A DNA stretch of 64,000 bases. Source: an uncultured Lachnospiraceae bacterium (GTDB taxonomy: Bacteria > Bacillota > Clostridia > Oscillospirales > CAG-272). The stretch is from positions 627 through 64,626 of the forward strand of contig CAYWVC010000001.1 in assembly GCA_964461635.1 (NCBI GenBank). The letters run 5' to 3'. Both the position numbers and the translations under genes were made by a program. The notes below the pieces were generated by a model. The model worked only from the letters and a program-made list of their open reading frames with translations, searched no databases and was not told the origin of the DNA. Positions 45,989 to 55,491 of the stretch are shown here, piece by piece; position 1 is the first letter of the stretch; each line of letters starts with the position of its first letter.

Positions 45989-48058
45989 TTACTTGGCTTC
46001 TTCTTGCGATTTCTTATAGGCTTCGACTATCTTCTGCGCGTTGGTGGCGGGAACCTCCTCGTATCTGACGAACTTATAGTCGTAAGATCCGCGTCCCTGC
46101 GTCATAGCGCGAAGTGCGATAGGATAATCGAGGACCTCCGACTTCGGTGCCTCGGCTTCCACCACAGTGTAGCCCTTCTTGGTCTCGGAGGGAGTCATGC
46201 CCATAACGCGTCCGCGGCGCTTATTAAGATCGCCCATAACATCACCGACCATACTCTCGGGAACGAGGACCTTCATCTCTCCGACCGGCTCAAGCAGTAT
46301 CGGATTAGCGGTTTCAAGGCATTTTTTATATGCGAGTGACGCCGCAACCTTGAACGAGAGCTCATTGGAGTCAACGGGGTGATAAGAACCGTCGTAGAGG
46401 TTTGCCGCAAGTCCGACCATCGGATATCCGGCAACACCGCATTGCATAGCCTCAAGCAAGCCCTTCTCAACGGCAGGGAAGAAATTCTTCGGAACCGCAC
46501 CGCCGAATACCGTTTCGGTGAAGGTCAGACCGTCACCCTCTCCGGGGGCAAACTTGATCTTTACGTGACCGTACTGTCCGTGACCGCCGGACTGCTTCTT
46601 GTGCTTTCCTTCAACGTCGACCGACTTTTTGATCGTCTCACGGTACGGGATCTTAGGAGTCTCAAGCTTAACGGAAGTACCAAAGCGATTTTTCAGCTTC
46701 GAAACGACGACGTCAAGGTGCATATCTCCGATACCGGAGATGACCATCTGCTTCGTTTCGGGATTGTTCTCATACTTAATGGTGCGATCCTCTTCAAGCA
46801 GCTTTGCGATGCCCTGTGAGATCTTGTCCTCGTCGCCCTTGGCAAGGGGCTTGATCGCCATCTCCATCAGCGGCTTCGGATAAACCGTGGGGGCGTAGAA
46901 AACGTCCGCGCCGGAGGTAAGGGTATCGTTCGTGTTGGTGTTAGTGAGCTTTGCGATCATACCTATATCACCGCAGGAAAGCTCTTCGACCTCGGTCTGG
47001 GTCTTGCCCTTCATAACGTATATATGCGACATCTTTTCCTGAACGCCGGAGGTGGTGTTCTTGAGAACCATATCGCGCTTAACGTTGCCGTTCATAACCT
47101 TGAAGAAGGACATCTTACCGACGAACGGGTCGGCAACCGTCTTGAAAACGAAGAGAGCGGTCTCCCCGTTTTCCTCTATCTTTATCTTGTCGCCGTTTGC
47201 GGCTTTCTCGTATACCCTTGCAGTAAAGCGAGGGAAGGTATCGACGATCATATCGAGCAGATTGCGAACACCCCAAAGCTTGCCGGCGGAGCCACAGAAC
47301 ACGGGCACGATGTCACCCTTCTGAACGCCGTCGTGAAGCGCCTTGACTGCCTCGTCGCGAGTGATCTCCTCACCCTCAAAATACTTCATCATAAGCTCCT
47401 CGTCGGTTCCGGCGATGGCTTCGAGCAGCATATTGTGATATTCGTCCGCTTCGTCCTGGAAAGCGGCGGGAATATCCTTGGAGGTATAGTTACCCTTGTT
47501 GTCGTAACTGTAATCCTTCATATCAAGAAGGTCGAGGAAGCCGTTAACCTGTCCGTTTTCAACGGTAGGCACGGTAATCGGGCAAACGGCGGAGCCGTAC
47601 TTATCGTGAAGCTGAGTAAGTACCCGCTTAAAGCGCGCCTCGGGATCGTCAAATTTGTTTACAAAGAAAGCCTTGGGCAGCCCCGCTTCGGTCGCATTGT
47701 CCCATGCGAGCTCGGTGCCGACCTCCATCCCCGCTTTTCCGTCAACCGTGATAACGGCAAGACCAGCAACTCTGAGTGCCTGCGAGACCTCACCTGCAAA
47801 ATCAAGGAATCCGGGGGTGTCGAGGATGTTTATCTTCGTCCCGTTCCACATAACGGGCGCCACAGCCGTGGAGATAGAGAAGCCGCGCTTCTGCTCCTCG
47901 GCATCGTAATCACATACAGTGTTTCCGTCCGGAGTTTTGCCCAAGCGGTCGGTTCCGCCGCTGATGTAAAGCATAGCCTCCGCGAGAGAGGTCTTGCCGC
48001 TGCCGCCGTGTCCGAGCAGGGCAACGTTCCTTATTTTATCGGATTGAACTTTTGCCAT
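45989..48058 (-). CDS. Elongation factor G paralogue (EF-G2 type)
   Basis: 689 aa. G1 GHGGSGKTS (not the AHIDAGKT of canonical EF-G), DTPG, NKFD. Domains II-V are recognisable. Confidence 0.85.
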   Translation of the reverse strand: MAKVQSDKIRNVALLGHGGSGKTSLAEAMLYISGGTDRLGKTPDGNTVCDYDAEEQKRGFSISTAVAPVMWNGTKINILDTPGFLDFAGEVSQALRVAGLAVITVDGKAGMEVGTELAWDNATEAGLPKAFFVNKFDDPEARFKRVLTQLHDKYGSAVCPITVPTVENGQVNGFLDLLDMKDYSYDNKGNYTSKDIPAAFQDEADEYHNMLLEAIAGTDEELMMKYFEGEEITRDEAVKALHDGVQKGDIVPVFCGSAGKLWGVRNLLDMIVDTFPRFTARVYEKAANGDKIKIEENGETALFVFKTVADPFVGKMSFFKVMNGNVKRDMVLKNTTSGVQEKMSHIYVMKGKTQTEVEELSCGDIGMIAKLTNTNTNDTLTSGADVFYAPTVYPKPLMEMAIKPLAKGDEDKISQGIAKLLEEDRTIKYENNPETKQMVISGIGDMHLDVVVSKLKNRFGTSVKLETPKIPYRETIKKSVDVEGKHKKQSGGHGQYGHVKIKFAPGEGDGLTFTETVFGGAVPKNFFPAVEKGLLEAMQCGVAGYPMVGLAANLYDGSYHPVDSNELSFKVAASLAYKKCLETANPILLEPVGEMKVLVPESMVGDVMGDLNKRRGRVMGMTPSETKKGYTVVEAEAPKSEVLDYPIALRAMTQGRGSYDYKFVRYEEVPATNAQKIVEAYKKSQEEAK

Positions 48059-48130
48059 TGAAAATCCTCCTTGTGTGTCCCGGTTTGATTTTTCGGGAAT
48101 ATATGTAAGTTTTTTGCAACCACAAGAGGT

Positions 48131-48159
48131 ATTATACTACAATAGTGCACAAATTGCAA
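48131..48159 (-). promoter_or_regulatory. Sigma-A-type promoter of the EF-G2 gene
   Basis: Minus strand: TTGCAA, 17-nt spacer, TATAAT. Confidence 0.55.
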
Positions 48160-48182
48160 GGGCTAAATTCGATTTTTTTGGG

Positions 48183-48971
48183 TCAAACATCAAATATTCT
48201 TCGAGAATTTTCAAAAACGGCGCGCCCGAGACTCTCAACATCGGTCTGCCGTGCGTCGGCGATAGCCGTTAAGATATAGATCAAACGATCCGAACGGTTG
48301 AGCTTTCCGCGCATGGGCTCGGGGGAAAGATACGGGCAATCAGTCTCGGCAAGGATACGGTCAATCGGAACGGCAGCGGCAGCCTCGCGAGCTTTTCTGG
48401 CATTTTTAAAGCTGACGACACCGGAAAATGAAATGTACCATCCGCGCTTGACATACTCAAGAGCGAGCTCGGGGCTCCCGCTGAAGCTGTGCATAATTCC
48501 GACGACGCCGGGGTGCTTGAGTATCGTTTCAAAGCAATCCCCGTGCGCATCGCGATCGTGCACCACAGCCGGGAGACCGTATTCCTCCGCCAAAGCAAGC
48601 TGACGGTCAAAGTACTCGGCTTGCAATCCCTTGTGATCCTTGTCCCAATAGTAGTCAAGCCCGATCTCGCCCACTGCGACTATCTTGTTTTCTTTCTTGT
48701 GATCAAGCATAGCACGCAGTCTTTTAATCTCCGCGTCAATAGACGTAAGATTCAGGCAATCCTCCGGATGTATACCGACCGCGGCGTACATCCGGGGATA
48801 GCTTTGTGCCTGTGAAATAACGTTCTCGGCATTGTCGCAATTCGTTGCGGCGTTTATAATATACTCAACGTCGGCGGCAAAGAGTTCGCGAAGCAGTGCA
48901 TCGGCTCCGCCCGGGAACTCGTCGGCAAATCTTCGGTCGGTGTAATGTGCGTGGGAGTCAAACAGCTTCAT
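48183..48971 (-). CDS. tatD: TatD family metal-dependent hydrolase
   Basis: 262 aa. FDSHAHY, AVGEIGLDYYW, VVHDRDAH, ETDCPYL. Confidence 0.9.
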   Translation of the reverse strand: MKLFDSHAHYTDRRFADEFPGGADALLRELFAADVEYIINAATNCDNAENVISQAQSYPRMYAAVGIHPEDCLNLTSIDAEIKRLRAMLDHKKENKIVAVGEIGLDYYWDKDHKGLQAEYFDRQLALAEEYGLPAVVHDRDAHGDCFETILKHPGVVGIMHSFSGSPELALEYVKRGWYISFSGVVSFKNARKAREAAAAVPIDRILAETDCPYLSPEPMRGKLNRSDRLIYILTAIADARQTDVESLGRAVFENSRRIFDV

Positions 48972-50983
48972 CTTATACGTTCACCGAGAGGCGTGTCGTC
49001 GGCAAGGAATATAACACGCACCTTTTCCTCGCCGGAGGCAAGGATCATACCGTTACTCTCTATCCCGCACAGCGTCGCCGGACGAAGATTTACGACAAGT
49101 ATCACTTTCTTCCCGACAAGCTCTTCGGGTTTGTAAAACTTGGCGATTCCCGATACGACCTGACGCGTCTCATAGCCGAGATCGACCTTAAGCTTAAGAA
49201 GCTTTTTCGCTTTCGGTACGGCTTCGCATTCAAGGATAGCGGCAGAACGAAGCTCAACCTTCATAAAATCGTCAATGCCGATCAGCGCACATCCCTCGGG
49301 CTTTTCTGTCTTGGACTCCGATTTCTGCACCGCTGCGGCAGCTTCTTTTTCGGCGTTGATCTCCGCCATCACCTTTTTTTCGTCCATACGTGCGAAGAGT
49401 ACCTTGGAATCTCCCGTGATCGTTCCCGCCTTCAGCTGACCGAAGACCGCAAAATCATCAAAGAGCAGATATCCCGCATTGGCACGTCCGATCTCATTTG
49501 CGCTCTCGCTCAGAGCTTTCAGCTCGGCTTCCGCGTTCAGCTCACGCAAAATCTCCTCGGCAGTCTCGGGAACAAAGGGAAGCAGAAGAACGGCAGAGAA
49601 GCGTATAGTCTCAAGCAGCTCGTAAAGCACAGTGCCGAGGCGTTCACGCTTCGATTCGTCCTTTGCCAATACCCACGGCGCGGTTTCGTCGATGTATTTG
49701 TTGGCGCGGCTGAGCAACGCCATAATTGCCGAAGTCGCGTCGGCGATCCGATAGGAATCCATCAGCGAGCAGACTTTTTCAAGCGTAATCTTGCAAGTGT
49801 TTTTAAGCTCCTCGTCGATCGGCTCGGGCGCGATAGGTGCCTGCACGACCTTGTCAAAGTATTTTTTCTGCATATCAAGGGTACGCTTGACAAGGTTTCC
49901 GAGGTTATTGACAAGATCGGTGTTAAAGCGGTTTATAACGTTTTCATAGGTTATGCTCCCGTCATTTCCGTAAGGCATCTCGGAGAGCGCGTAATATCTC
50001 ACGCCGTCAACCGTGAAGCGTTCGGCAAGCGCATCTGCGTATATGACGTTTCCTTTCGATTTCGACATCTTGTCGGTTCCGAAATTAAACCAAGGGTGTC
50101 CGAAGATCTTCTTCGGCAACGGGAGATCCAGCGCCATCAGGAAGATGGGCCAATATATCGTATGGAAGCGAAGTATATCCTTGCCTATAATGTGCACGTC
50201 GGCGGGCCAATTCTTTTTGAAAAGCTCCGACTGCCCGTCGTAGGACTTATCGGGATCGTAGCCTATCGCGGTAATATAGTTCGCCAGCGCATCAAGCCAG
50301 ACGTATATAACGTGACGCTCGTCGAAGGTCGGCACACCCCAAGTAAACGAGGTTCGCGACACGCAAAGATCCTGAAGCCCGCCTTCAACCTTAAGGAAGT
50401 TGTTTATCATTTCCTTTTTACGCGACTCGGGCTCGATAAAATCGGGATGCTCCTCAATGTAGGCAAGAAGTCGGTCGGCGTACTTGTTCATCTTGAAGAA
50501 ATACGCTTCTTCGCTCGCTCTTTGTACGGGGGCTCCGCAATCGGGGCATTTTCCGTCGACCGCCTGCGTATCGGTGAAGAAGGACTCGCACGGTGTGCAA
50601 TACCAGCCCTCGTAACAGCCCTTGTATATATCTCCTTGCTCAAAAAAGCGTTTGAAGATCTTCTCGACCGCCTTCACGTGACCTTCATCGGTGGTGCGTA
50701 TGAAATGATCGTAGCTCGTGTTCATCTTGTCCCATATGCCGCGCACCTCGCCCGAGACCGCGTCAACGTATTTTTGCGGCGTGATCCCCGCATCGTTTGC
50801 GTAGTTTTCTATTTTCTGCCCGTGCTCATCGGTTCCCGTGCAGAAAAATACGTCATACCCGCGGGAGCGTTTGTATCTTGCCAGCGCATCGGTCATTATT
50901 ACCTCGTACGTATTACCGAAGTGCGGCTTGCGCGAGGCGTATGCTATCGCAGTGGTTATATAAAATTTTTCCTTGTTGTTCAT
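48968..50983 (-). CDS. metG: Methionine--tRNA ligase with a C-terminal tRNA-binding (EMAP-like) domain
   Basis: About 671 aa from ATG 50983 (SD ggagga). Class I signatures PHFGNTYE and KMSKSKGN, Zn knuckle CTPC...CPDCG, C-terminal GKKVILVVNLRPATLCGIESNGMILA. The track ORF is extended upstream to 51106. Confidence 0.92.
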   Translation of the reverse strand: MNNKEKFYITTAIAYASRKPHFGNTYEVIMTDALARYKRSRGYDVFFCTGTDEHGQKIENYANDAGITPQKYVDAVSGEVRGIWDKMNTSYDHFIRTTDEGHVKAVEKIFKRFFEQGDIYKGCYEGWYCTPCESFFTDTQAVDGKCPDCGAPVQRASEEAYFFKMNKYADRLLAYIEEHPDFIEPESRKKEMINNFLKVEGGLQDLCVSRTSFTWGVPTFDERHVIYVWLDALANYITAIGYDPDKSYDGQSELFKKNWPADVHIIGKDILRFHTIYWPIFLMALDLPLPKKIFGHPWFNFGTDKMSKSKGNVIYADALAERFTVDGVRYYALSEMPYGNDGSITYENVINRFNTDLVNNLGNLVKRTLDMQKKYFDKVVQAPIAPEPIDEELKNTCKITLEKVCSLMDSYRIADATSAIMALLSRANKYIDETAPWVLAKDESKRERLGTVLYELLETIRFSAVLLLPFVPETAEEILRELNAEAELKALSESANEIGRANAGYLLFDDFAVFGQLKAGTITGDSKVLFARMDEKKVMAEINAEKEAAAAVQKSESKTEKPEGCALIGIDDFMKVELRSAAILECEAVPKAKKLLKLKVDLGYETRQVVSGIAKFYKPEELVGKKVILVVNLRPATLCGIESNGMILASGEEKVRVIFLADDTPLGERIR

Positions 50984-51750
50984 CTTTGTTTTTCCTCCGT
51001 TGAAAATAGAATGTGATCCGAATAACAGATCTCTGTAACAGTTAAGTAATGTAATGTGAAGATCATAAAAAGCACCCCGACCGTGCAGAGCGAAAGCAGT
51101 ACCCACGGCAAAGAACCGAGGATCAGCAAAAGCATCTGCGGGAAATTCTTAAATGCAAGCCTTACAGACAGCGCAAAGCATCTGAAGGGGTTTTTATCGT
51201 GAGATAAGACGAATACGCTTGCCAGCGGAAGCACCGTTACAAGCAATATTATGCAGAGTATCGCGGCGGCAACCGCAATCGCCATCACCAACAATACGCC
51301 TGTGATGCCGTCCCCAAGCCGAGAGATCACCTCCGCAGCTATTGCCGCAGGCACGAGCGGCAAAGCCGAAAGAAGCGCGACGCAACAGCTTTTCATAAAA
51401 AGCCCGAACGAAGAATAATACCGAAAAAGCTCCGCCAAGCCGATACATTCGCCTCCCGCCGCCTTTGCCGCCATACGGTGATAACCCGTAAACAGCGGTG
51501 CCGTGAAGATGACCGATAGCAATATAAACGCCGGATCGCAAAGTCGGCGGACAGTTTCCTCTGCCGACGGATCGGAGATCAGAATTACCGTGTCCGCGAC
51601 CGCTGCGACGATGATATACGTTGCTATTACCGCAAGGGCGTATATCATAACGGCGAAGATCAACGTCAGCCTTGCGTTGCCGTCGGAGAGTGCTTCCTTT
51701 GCAGCGACTCTTGCAAGCTTTATCGGTGATGACGGCTTCTTTTCTTTCAA
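50980..51750 (-). CDS. Polytopic membrane protein, function unknown
   Basis: 256 aa. TTG start with SD gggggtgag. 5-6 TM helices. Overlaps the nagA stop and the metG start. Confidence 0.6.
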   Translation of the reverse strand: MKEKKPSSPIKLARVAAKEALSDGNARLTLIFAVMIYALAVIATYIIVAAVADTVILISDPSAEETVRRLCDPAFILLSVIFTAPLFTGYHRMAAKAAGGECIGLAELFRYYSSFGLFMKSCCVALLSALPLVPAAIAAEVISRLGDGITGVLLVMAIAVAAAILCIILLVTVLPLASVFVLSHDKNPFRCFALSVRLAFKNFPQMLLLILGSLPWVLLSLCTVGVLFMIFTLHYLTVTEICYSDHILFSTEEKQR

Positions 51751-52877
51751 ATCCGCTCACCCCCGATAAAAATATCCTCAATGAATATTTTTCCGTTTTC
51801 AAGCCGAACGAGCAGAGCATCGGCGCATTTGCCGACGGCAAGAGATCCAACGGTGCCGTCCGCTCCGATCTCACGTGCCGGGTTCAGGGTAGCGCATCTC
51901 ACGGCGTTCGCCAGCCCGATGTTGCAAAAGCTCATAAGATTTTCTACCGCAGTCTTAAGGTCAAGCGTGCTCCCGGCGAGCTTGCCGTCTGCTGTCAACG
52001 CCCGTCCGTTAACTACCCGACAGGGCGATCCGGCTATATCGTAATCACCGTCGGGACAGCCGGTAGCTTCCATTGAATCGGTTATCAGCACGAGATGCTC
52101 TTCGGTAAGACAACCGTACGCAAGCCGGACCATCTCGGGCGAAACGTGAAGCCCGTCGCATATCAGCTCGCAAAAGGCTCCCGAGGTAAGCCCCGCAACC
52201 GCCGCGCCCCCCGCGCGATGATGTATCGGCGGCATAGCGTTGAACAGGTGTGTAAAGCTTATGCCGTACTTTTCAAAGAGCGCGTGAGCCGTGTTGAAAT
52301 CGGCACCGGTGTGACCGAGCCCAAGCGTCGCGCCGAGTGAAAGCGCTCTGTCGGCAAACCGTCCGTCGCCGTCAAGCTCAAGTGCCGCGGTTATATGGCA
52401 GGGAAGACACATTCGAAAAACAAGCGCATCAAGCTCTTCGGGCTTGAGAGGGGCAAGGAGCTCTGCGTTATGAGCTCCGCGGAAATCGGGATTAAGATAT
52501 CTCCCCTCAAGATGTATGCCGAGGAAGCGAGCTCCGCCGGTACTGCTTTTTACGGAATTGATCCTGTCGGCGGCGGAAATCAGTTCACCGTAAGCGGCAG
52601 ACGCTAAGGTGGGCATTACCGAGGTGACCCCGGTCTCAAGATAGCTCCTTGCCATAGCTCTGAGCTTGTCCGTGTCGGCAGATACGAAATCGCCCCCCGC
52701 TCGGCCGTGCGTATGAACGTCCACAAATCCGGGAAGCAGATACGCACCGCGAGCGTCTATCACGTCATCCGAATCGGCATTCTCGATTTCACAGACCGAT
52801 CCGTGCGAAAAGCCGATACTGCCGCGCCGAAGTGTTACGGCATCGGTATCGCAAATAACAGCGTTATTTATGATCAT
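51747..52877 (-). CDS. nagA: N-acetylglucosamine-6-phosphate deacetylase
   Basis: 376 aa. GFVDVHTHGRAGGDF, IHLEGRYLN, HLFNAM, and the GAxxGLGHTGA region. Confidence 0.9.
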   Translation of the reverse strand: MIINNAVICDTDAVTLRRGSIGFSHGSVCEIENADSDDVIDARGAYLLPGFVDVHTHGRAGGDFVSADTDKLRAMARSYLETGVTSVMPTLASAAYGELISAADRINSVKSSTGGARFLGIHLEGRYLNPDFRGAHNAELLAPLKPEELDALVFRMCLPCHITAALELDGDGRFADRALSLGATLGLGHTGADFNTAHALFEKYGISFTHLFNAMPPIHHRAGGAAVAGLTSGAFCELICDGLHVSPEMVRLAYGCLTEEHLVLITDSMEATGCPDGDYDIAGSPCRVVNGRALTADGKLAGSTLDLKTAVENLMSFCNIGLANAVRCATLNPAREIGADGTVGSLAVGKCADALLVRLENGKIFIEDIFIGGERI

Positions 52878-52971
52878 ACAGTGATCGGACCTCCTTTCCG
52901 GTAATAGATAATATTATAGCAGTATTTTTGCGATTTTACAAGAGCTGCAACGGCGAAACGGCAGTTTTTTC

Positions 52972-53000
52972 TTGACATCTTTCCGAAAAAACTATATAAT
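52972..53000 (+). promoter_or_regulatory. Consensus sigma-A promoter of the esterase gene
   Basis: TTGACA (52972-52977), 17-nt spacer, TATAAT (52995-53000). Confidence 0.65.
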
Positions 53001-53031
53001 GAAGAAAAAACGGATGAAAGGGAACGTGCAT

Positions 53032-53772
53032 ATGTCTCTCATTACCTGCAAATTCAAGTCCTCTGTCCTGTCGACCGAGGCGGCTTATTACGTTGTTATC
53101 CCCGATACGGTGTCGGAGGACATCCCGGTAGTATACCTTCTTCACGGTTACAGCGGCGATCATACGTCGTGGATACGTCATTCGCGATGTGAGCGATATG
53201 CCAACGGCCGCGGCGTGGCTCTCGTTATGCCCGACGGCGGAAACAGCTTTTTTACGGATATGAGATACGGCGGTGCCTATTATACTCACGTGGCTCGGGA
53301 GGTATTTGAGCACTCGCATAAGCTCTTCAATCTGAGTTCCCGCCGCGATGCGACCTTCGTCGCGGGTCTGTCAATGGGCGGCTACGGTGCATTTAAGATA
53401 GCCCTTCGCGAGCCGGATACCTATGCGGCGGCCTGCAGTATGTCGGGGGCTCTTTGTGCGCACGAATACGTACACGACGAGAAATACAAGGGCTTGATCG
53501 AACAGCTTTACGGTCCCGGAATTACCGAAGCCCCCGAGCACGACGACCTTTTTAAGCTTGTCGAACGGGTCGGGCAGAGCGGGGGAGCGCGTCCGCGTAT
53601 GCTTCAATTCTGCGGAACGGAGGATTACCTTTATCCGCACAACGAAAAATTCCGCAGATTTATGGATGGAAAAGGCTTCGATTACGAATACCGTGAATGC
53701 CCCGGTGAGCACGAATGGCGGCTTTGGGATGCATGGTTGCCCGAGGCTCTCGATTTCTTCCTCGGCAGGTAA
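53032..53772 (+). CDS. Esterase family (esterase D / putative esterase) alpha/beta hydrolase
   Basis: From ATG 53032 (the track start 52972 lies inside the promoter). YLLHGYSGDHTSW, nucleophile elbow GLSMGGYGA. Confidence 0.8.
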   Translation: MSLITCKFKSSVLSTEAAYYVVIPDTVSEDIPVVYLLHGYSGDHTSWIRHSRCERYANGRGVALVMPDGGNSFFTDMRYGGAYYTHVAREVFEHSHKLFNLSSRRDATFVAGLSMGGYGAFKIALREPDTYAAACSMSGALCAHEYVHDEKYKGLIEQLYGPGITEAPEHDDLFKLVERVGQSGGARPRMLQFCGTEDYLYPHNEKFRRFMDGKGFDYEYRECPGEHEWRLWDAWLPEALDFFLGR

Positions 53773-53796
53773 TTTTGCGTAAAACCCGTGGATGGG

Positions 53797-53826
53797 TTTA
53801 CAAGCATCGGAAAATTGTGATATAAT
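53797..53826 (+). promoter_or_regulatory. Sigma-A-type promoter of the CHAP gene
   Basis: TTTACA, 18-nt spacer, TGaTATAAT (53821-53826). Confidence 0.5.
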
Positions 53827-53903
53827 CGTAAACGTACCGCGTAATCCGTATTTCTTCCGAATTATGCGGTCGCCCCAACGTAACGGTCAGGAAGGAGACA
53901 TCT

Positions 53904-55409
53904 ATGAAGAAAAGGATTATTGGCTTTTTGGTGGGATTCGCGATACTGTTGCCGCTTGCCGCACTGTCGGCATCGGCGCTTACCCCGTCTTATACGGTGA
54001 CCGATGCCTACAAGAGCAGTAAATTTTACGATCGGCTCTGCGCGGTCGAGCTTACCGGAGATCAAAGGCGAGATATACTGAACGTCGCTATGTCTCAGCT
54101 CGGGTATCACGAGGGAAACAGCAAGGACGATTTCAACGGATACAATTGGAGCGGAAGCAACAACTACGTTGAATACAATTACGGCAACCGAAATACATAC
54201 AGCAATAACGGAACGTACAGCTACGCCTGGTGCGCCTCATTCGTAACTTGGTGCGCAAGGCAGGCGCAGATCCCAACGTCGACTATCATCAATTCGGTAA
54301 GCTGCGATAAGTTCGTACAGAGCTTTTCATCAATGTCAAGATATCATACCCGCGATTCGGGATACGAGCCGACGCCGGGCGACCTCATCTTCTATTTATC
54401 GGCTAACGCCGAGCGCCAGAGCGCGTCGCATATAGGTATCGTCGTCGGCACCGATGAGAAGAACGTTTACGCAATAGAAGGCAACACGGGGCGCGGTCTT
54501 GTTAACCTCCGATCTTACGAAAAGAGCAATACCTACATAGTGGGCTACGCCGAGCCCGCATATACCGGCACGACCGGAGATTACAGCGGATATCCACTGC
54601 TCAGCGGCTATATTGAGGAGGGCTATTATACCGTTACCGCAAGCTCGTTGAATATGAGATCCTCTGCCGACACGTCATCAAGCGTAGTTTGCACGGTCCC
54701 GTACGGAACGGAGCTCTATATAACGGAGGCAAGCGGCGATTGGGGCAAGACCTCGTACGGCGGCAAGAGCGGATGGGTCTATCTCACATACGTACAGCCC
54801 AAGGAAAACATATATTGTACGATATCCTTTAACACCAACGGCAGTGATACGGAGATCGCTCCGATCAGCGTTAGACAGGGAAGCGTTGCGGTCATTTCAA
54901 GCAATACGCCGCGCTTGACGGGAAAGACCTTTTTGGGATGGTCAACCGTTTCGGACGCACAGACCGCAGAGTATATTCCGGGGAGCAAGATCACACTTGA
55001 CAGGGATATGACCCTTTACGCCGTATGGACAACACGTAAGATAACGATAGAATTTTACGATCACGACGGCACCTTGATCGACAAGACCGTTTATAACTAC
55101 GGCGATAAGCTTATTGAGCCCGCGCATCCCGTCAGGGAGTCCGACGGCGAATATGACTACGTTTTCAAGGATTGGGGAATGTGGTTGGAGGAATACGCCG
55201 TGCTCAACCGTACCTACATAGCTCAGTACATGAAAACCGAGCGCACCGACACCTTAACGGTAAATGAGAGCGACGCGGATGTACCCGTAATGGCAGAGCC
55301 GAATGAAGATCAGAGCCCCGGCGGATGCGCTTCCTTTGCCGCCGACTATTGTCTGCTTTCGCTCATACTTGCCGTCGGCACGGCGGTAATCCTTCGCAAG
55401 CGAGTATAA
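53904..55409 (+). CDS. CHAP-domain peptidoglycan hydrolase with an SH3b domain, two Listeria-Bacteroides-type repeats and a C-terminal PGGC-TM-RKRV tail
   Basis: 501 aa. Signal peptide. CHAP (YAWCASFVTWC ... SHIGIVVG ... EGNT). SH3b (YTVTASSLNMRSSAD...GWVYLTYV). Repeats (ISFNTNG...FLGWS...LYAVWT; ITIEFYDHDG). C-terminal TM. Confidence 0.85.
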   Translation: MKKRIIGFLVGFAILLPLAALSASALTPSYTVTDAYKSSKFYDRLCAVELTGDQRRDILNVAMSQLGYHEGNSKDDFNGYNWSGSNNYVEYNYGNRNTYSNNGTYSYAWCASFVTWCARQAQIPTSTIINSVSCDKFVQSFSSMSRYHTRDSGYEPTPGDLIFYLSANAERQSASHIGIVVGTDEKNVYAIEGNTGRGLVNLRSYEKSNTYIVGYAEPAYTGTTGDYSGYPLLSGYIEEGYYTVTASSLNMRSSADTSSSVVCTVPYGTELYITEASGDWGKTSYGGKSGWVYLTYVQPKENIYCTISFNTNGSDTEIAPISVRQGSVAVISSNTPRLTGKTFLGWSTVSDAQTAEYIPGSKITLDRDMTLYAVWTTRKITIEFYDHDGTLIDKTVYNYGDKLIEPAHPVRESDGEYDYVFKDWGMWLEEYAVLNRTYIAQYMKTERTDTLTVNESDADVPVMAEPNEDQSPGGCASFAADYCLLSLILAVGTAVILRKRV

Positions 55410-55443
55410 AACTTGCTACTTAAAAATTATTACGAACGCCAAA

Positions 55444-55484
55444 AAGGCATAACGGACGGACCGAGGTCATATCCGTTATGCCTT
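55444..55484. terminator. Bidirectional terminator
   Basis: aaggcataacgga / tccgttatgcctt 13-bp stem, with an A5 run on the upstream flank (read as T5 by the minus strand) and attcggttt on the plus-strand downstream flank. Confidence 0.75.
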
Positions 55485-55491
55485 ATTCGGT

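Noticed and set aside
48896-51016. A 706-codon stop-free ORF on the + strand, antisense to metG/tatD. It is the longest 'extra' ORF in the track.
   Set aside because: It is in the codon-aligned antisense frame of metG (48896 and 50981 are both congruent to 2 mod 3). In that frame, antisense stops arise only from sense TTA, CTA and TCA codons, which this GC3-rich genome avoids. The translated product is low-complexity (R/G/L/V-rich), has no SD and no recognisable motif. It is a shadow ORF.
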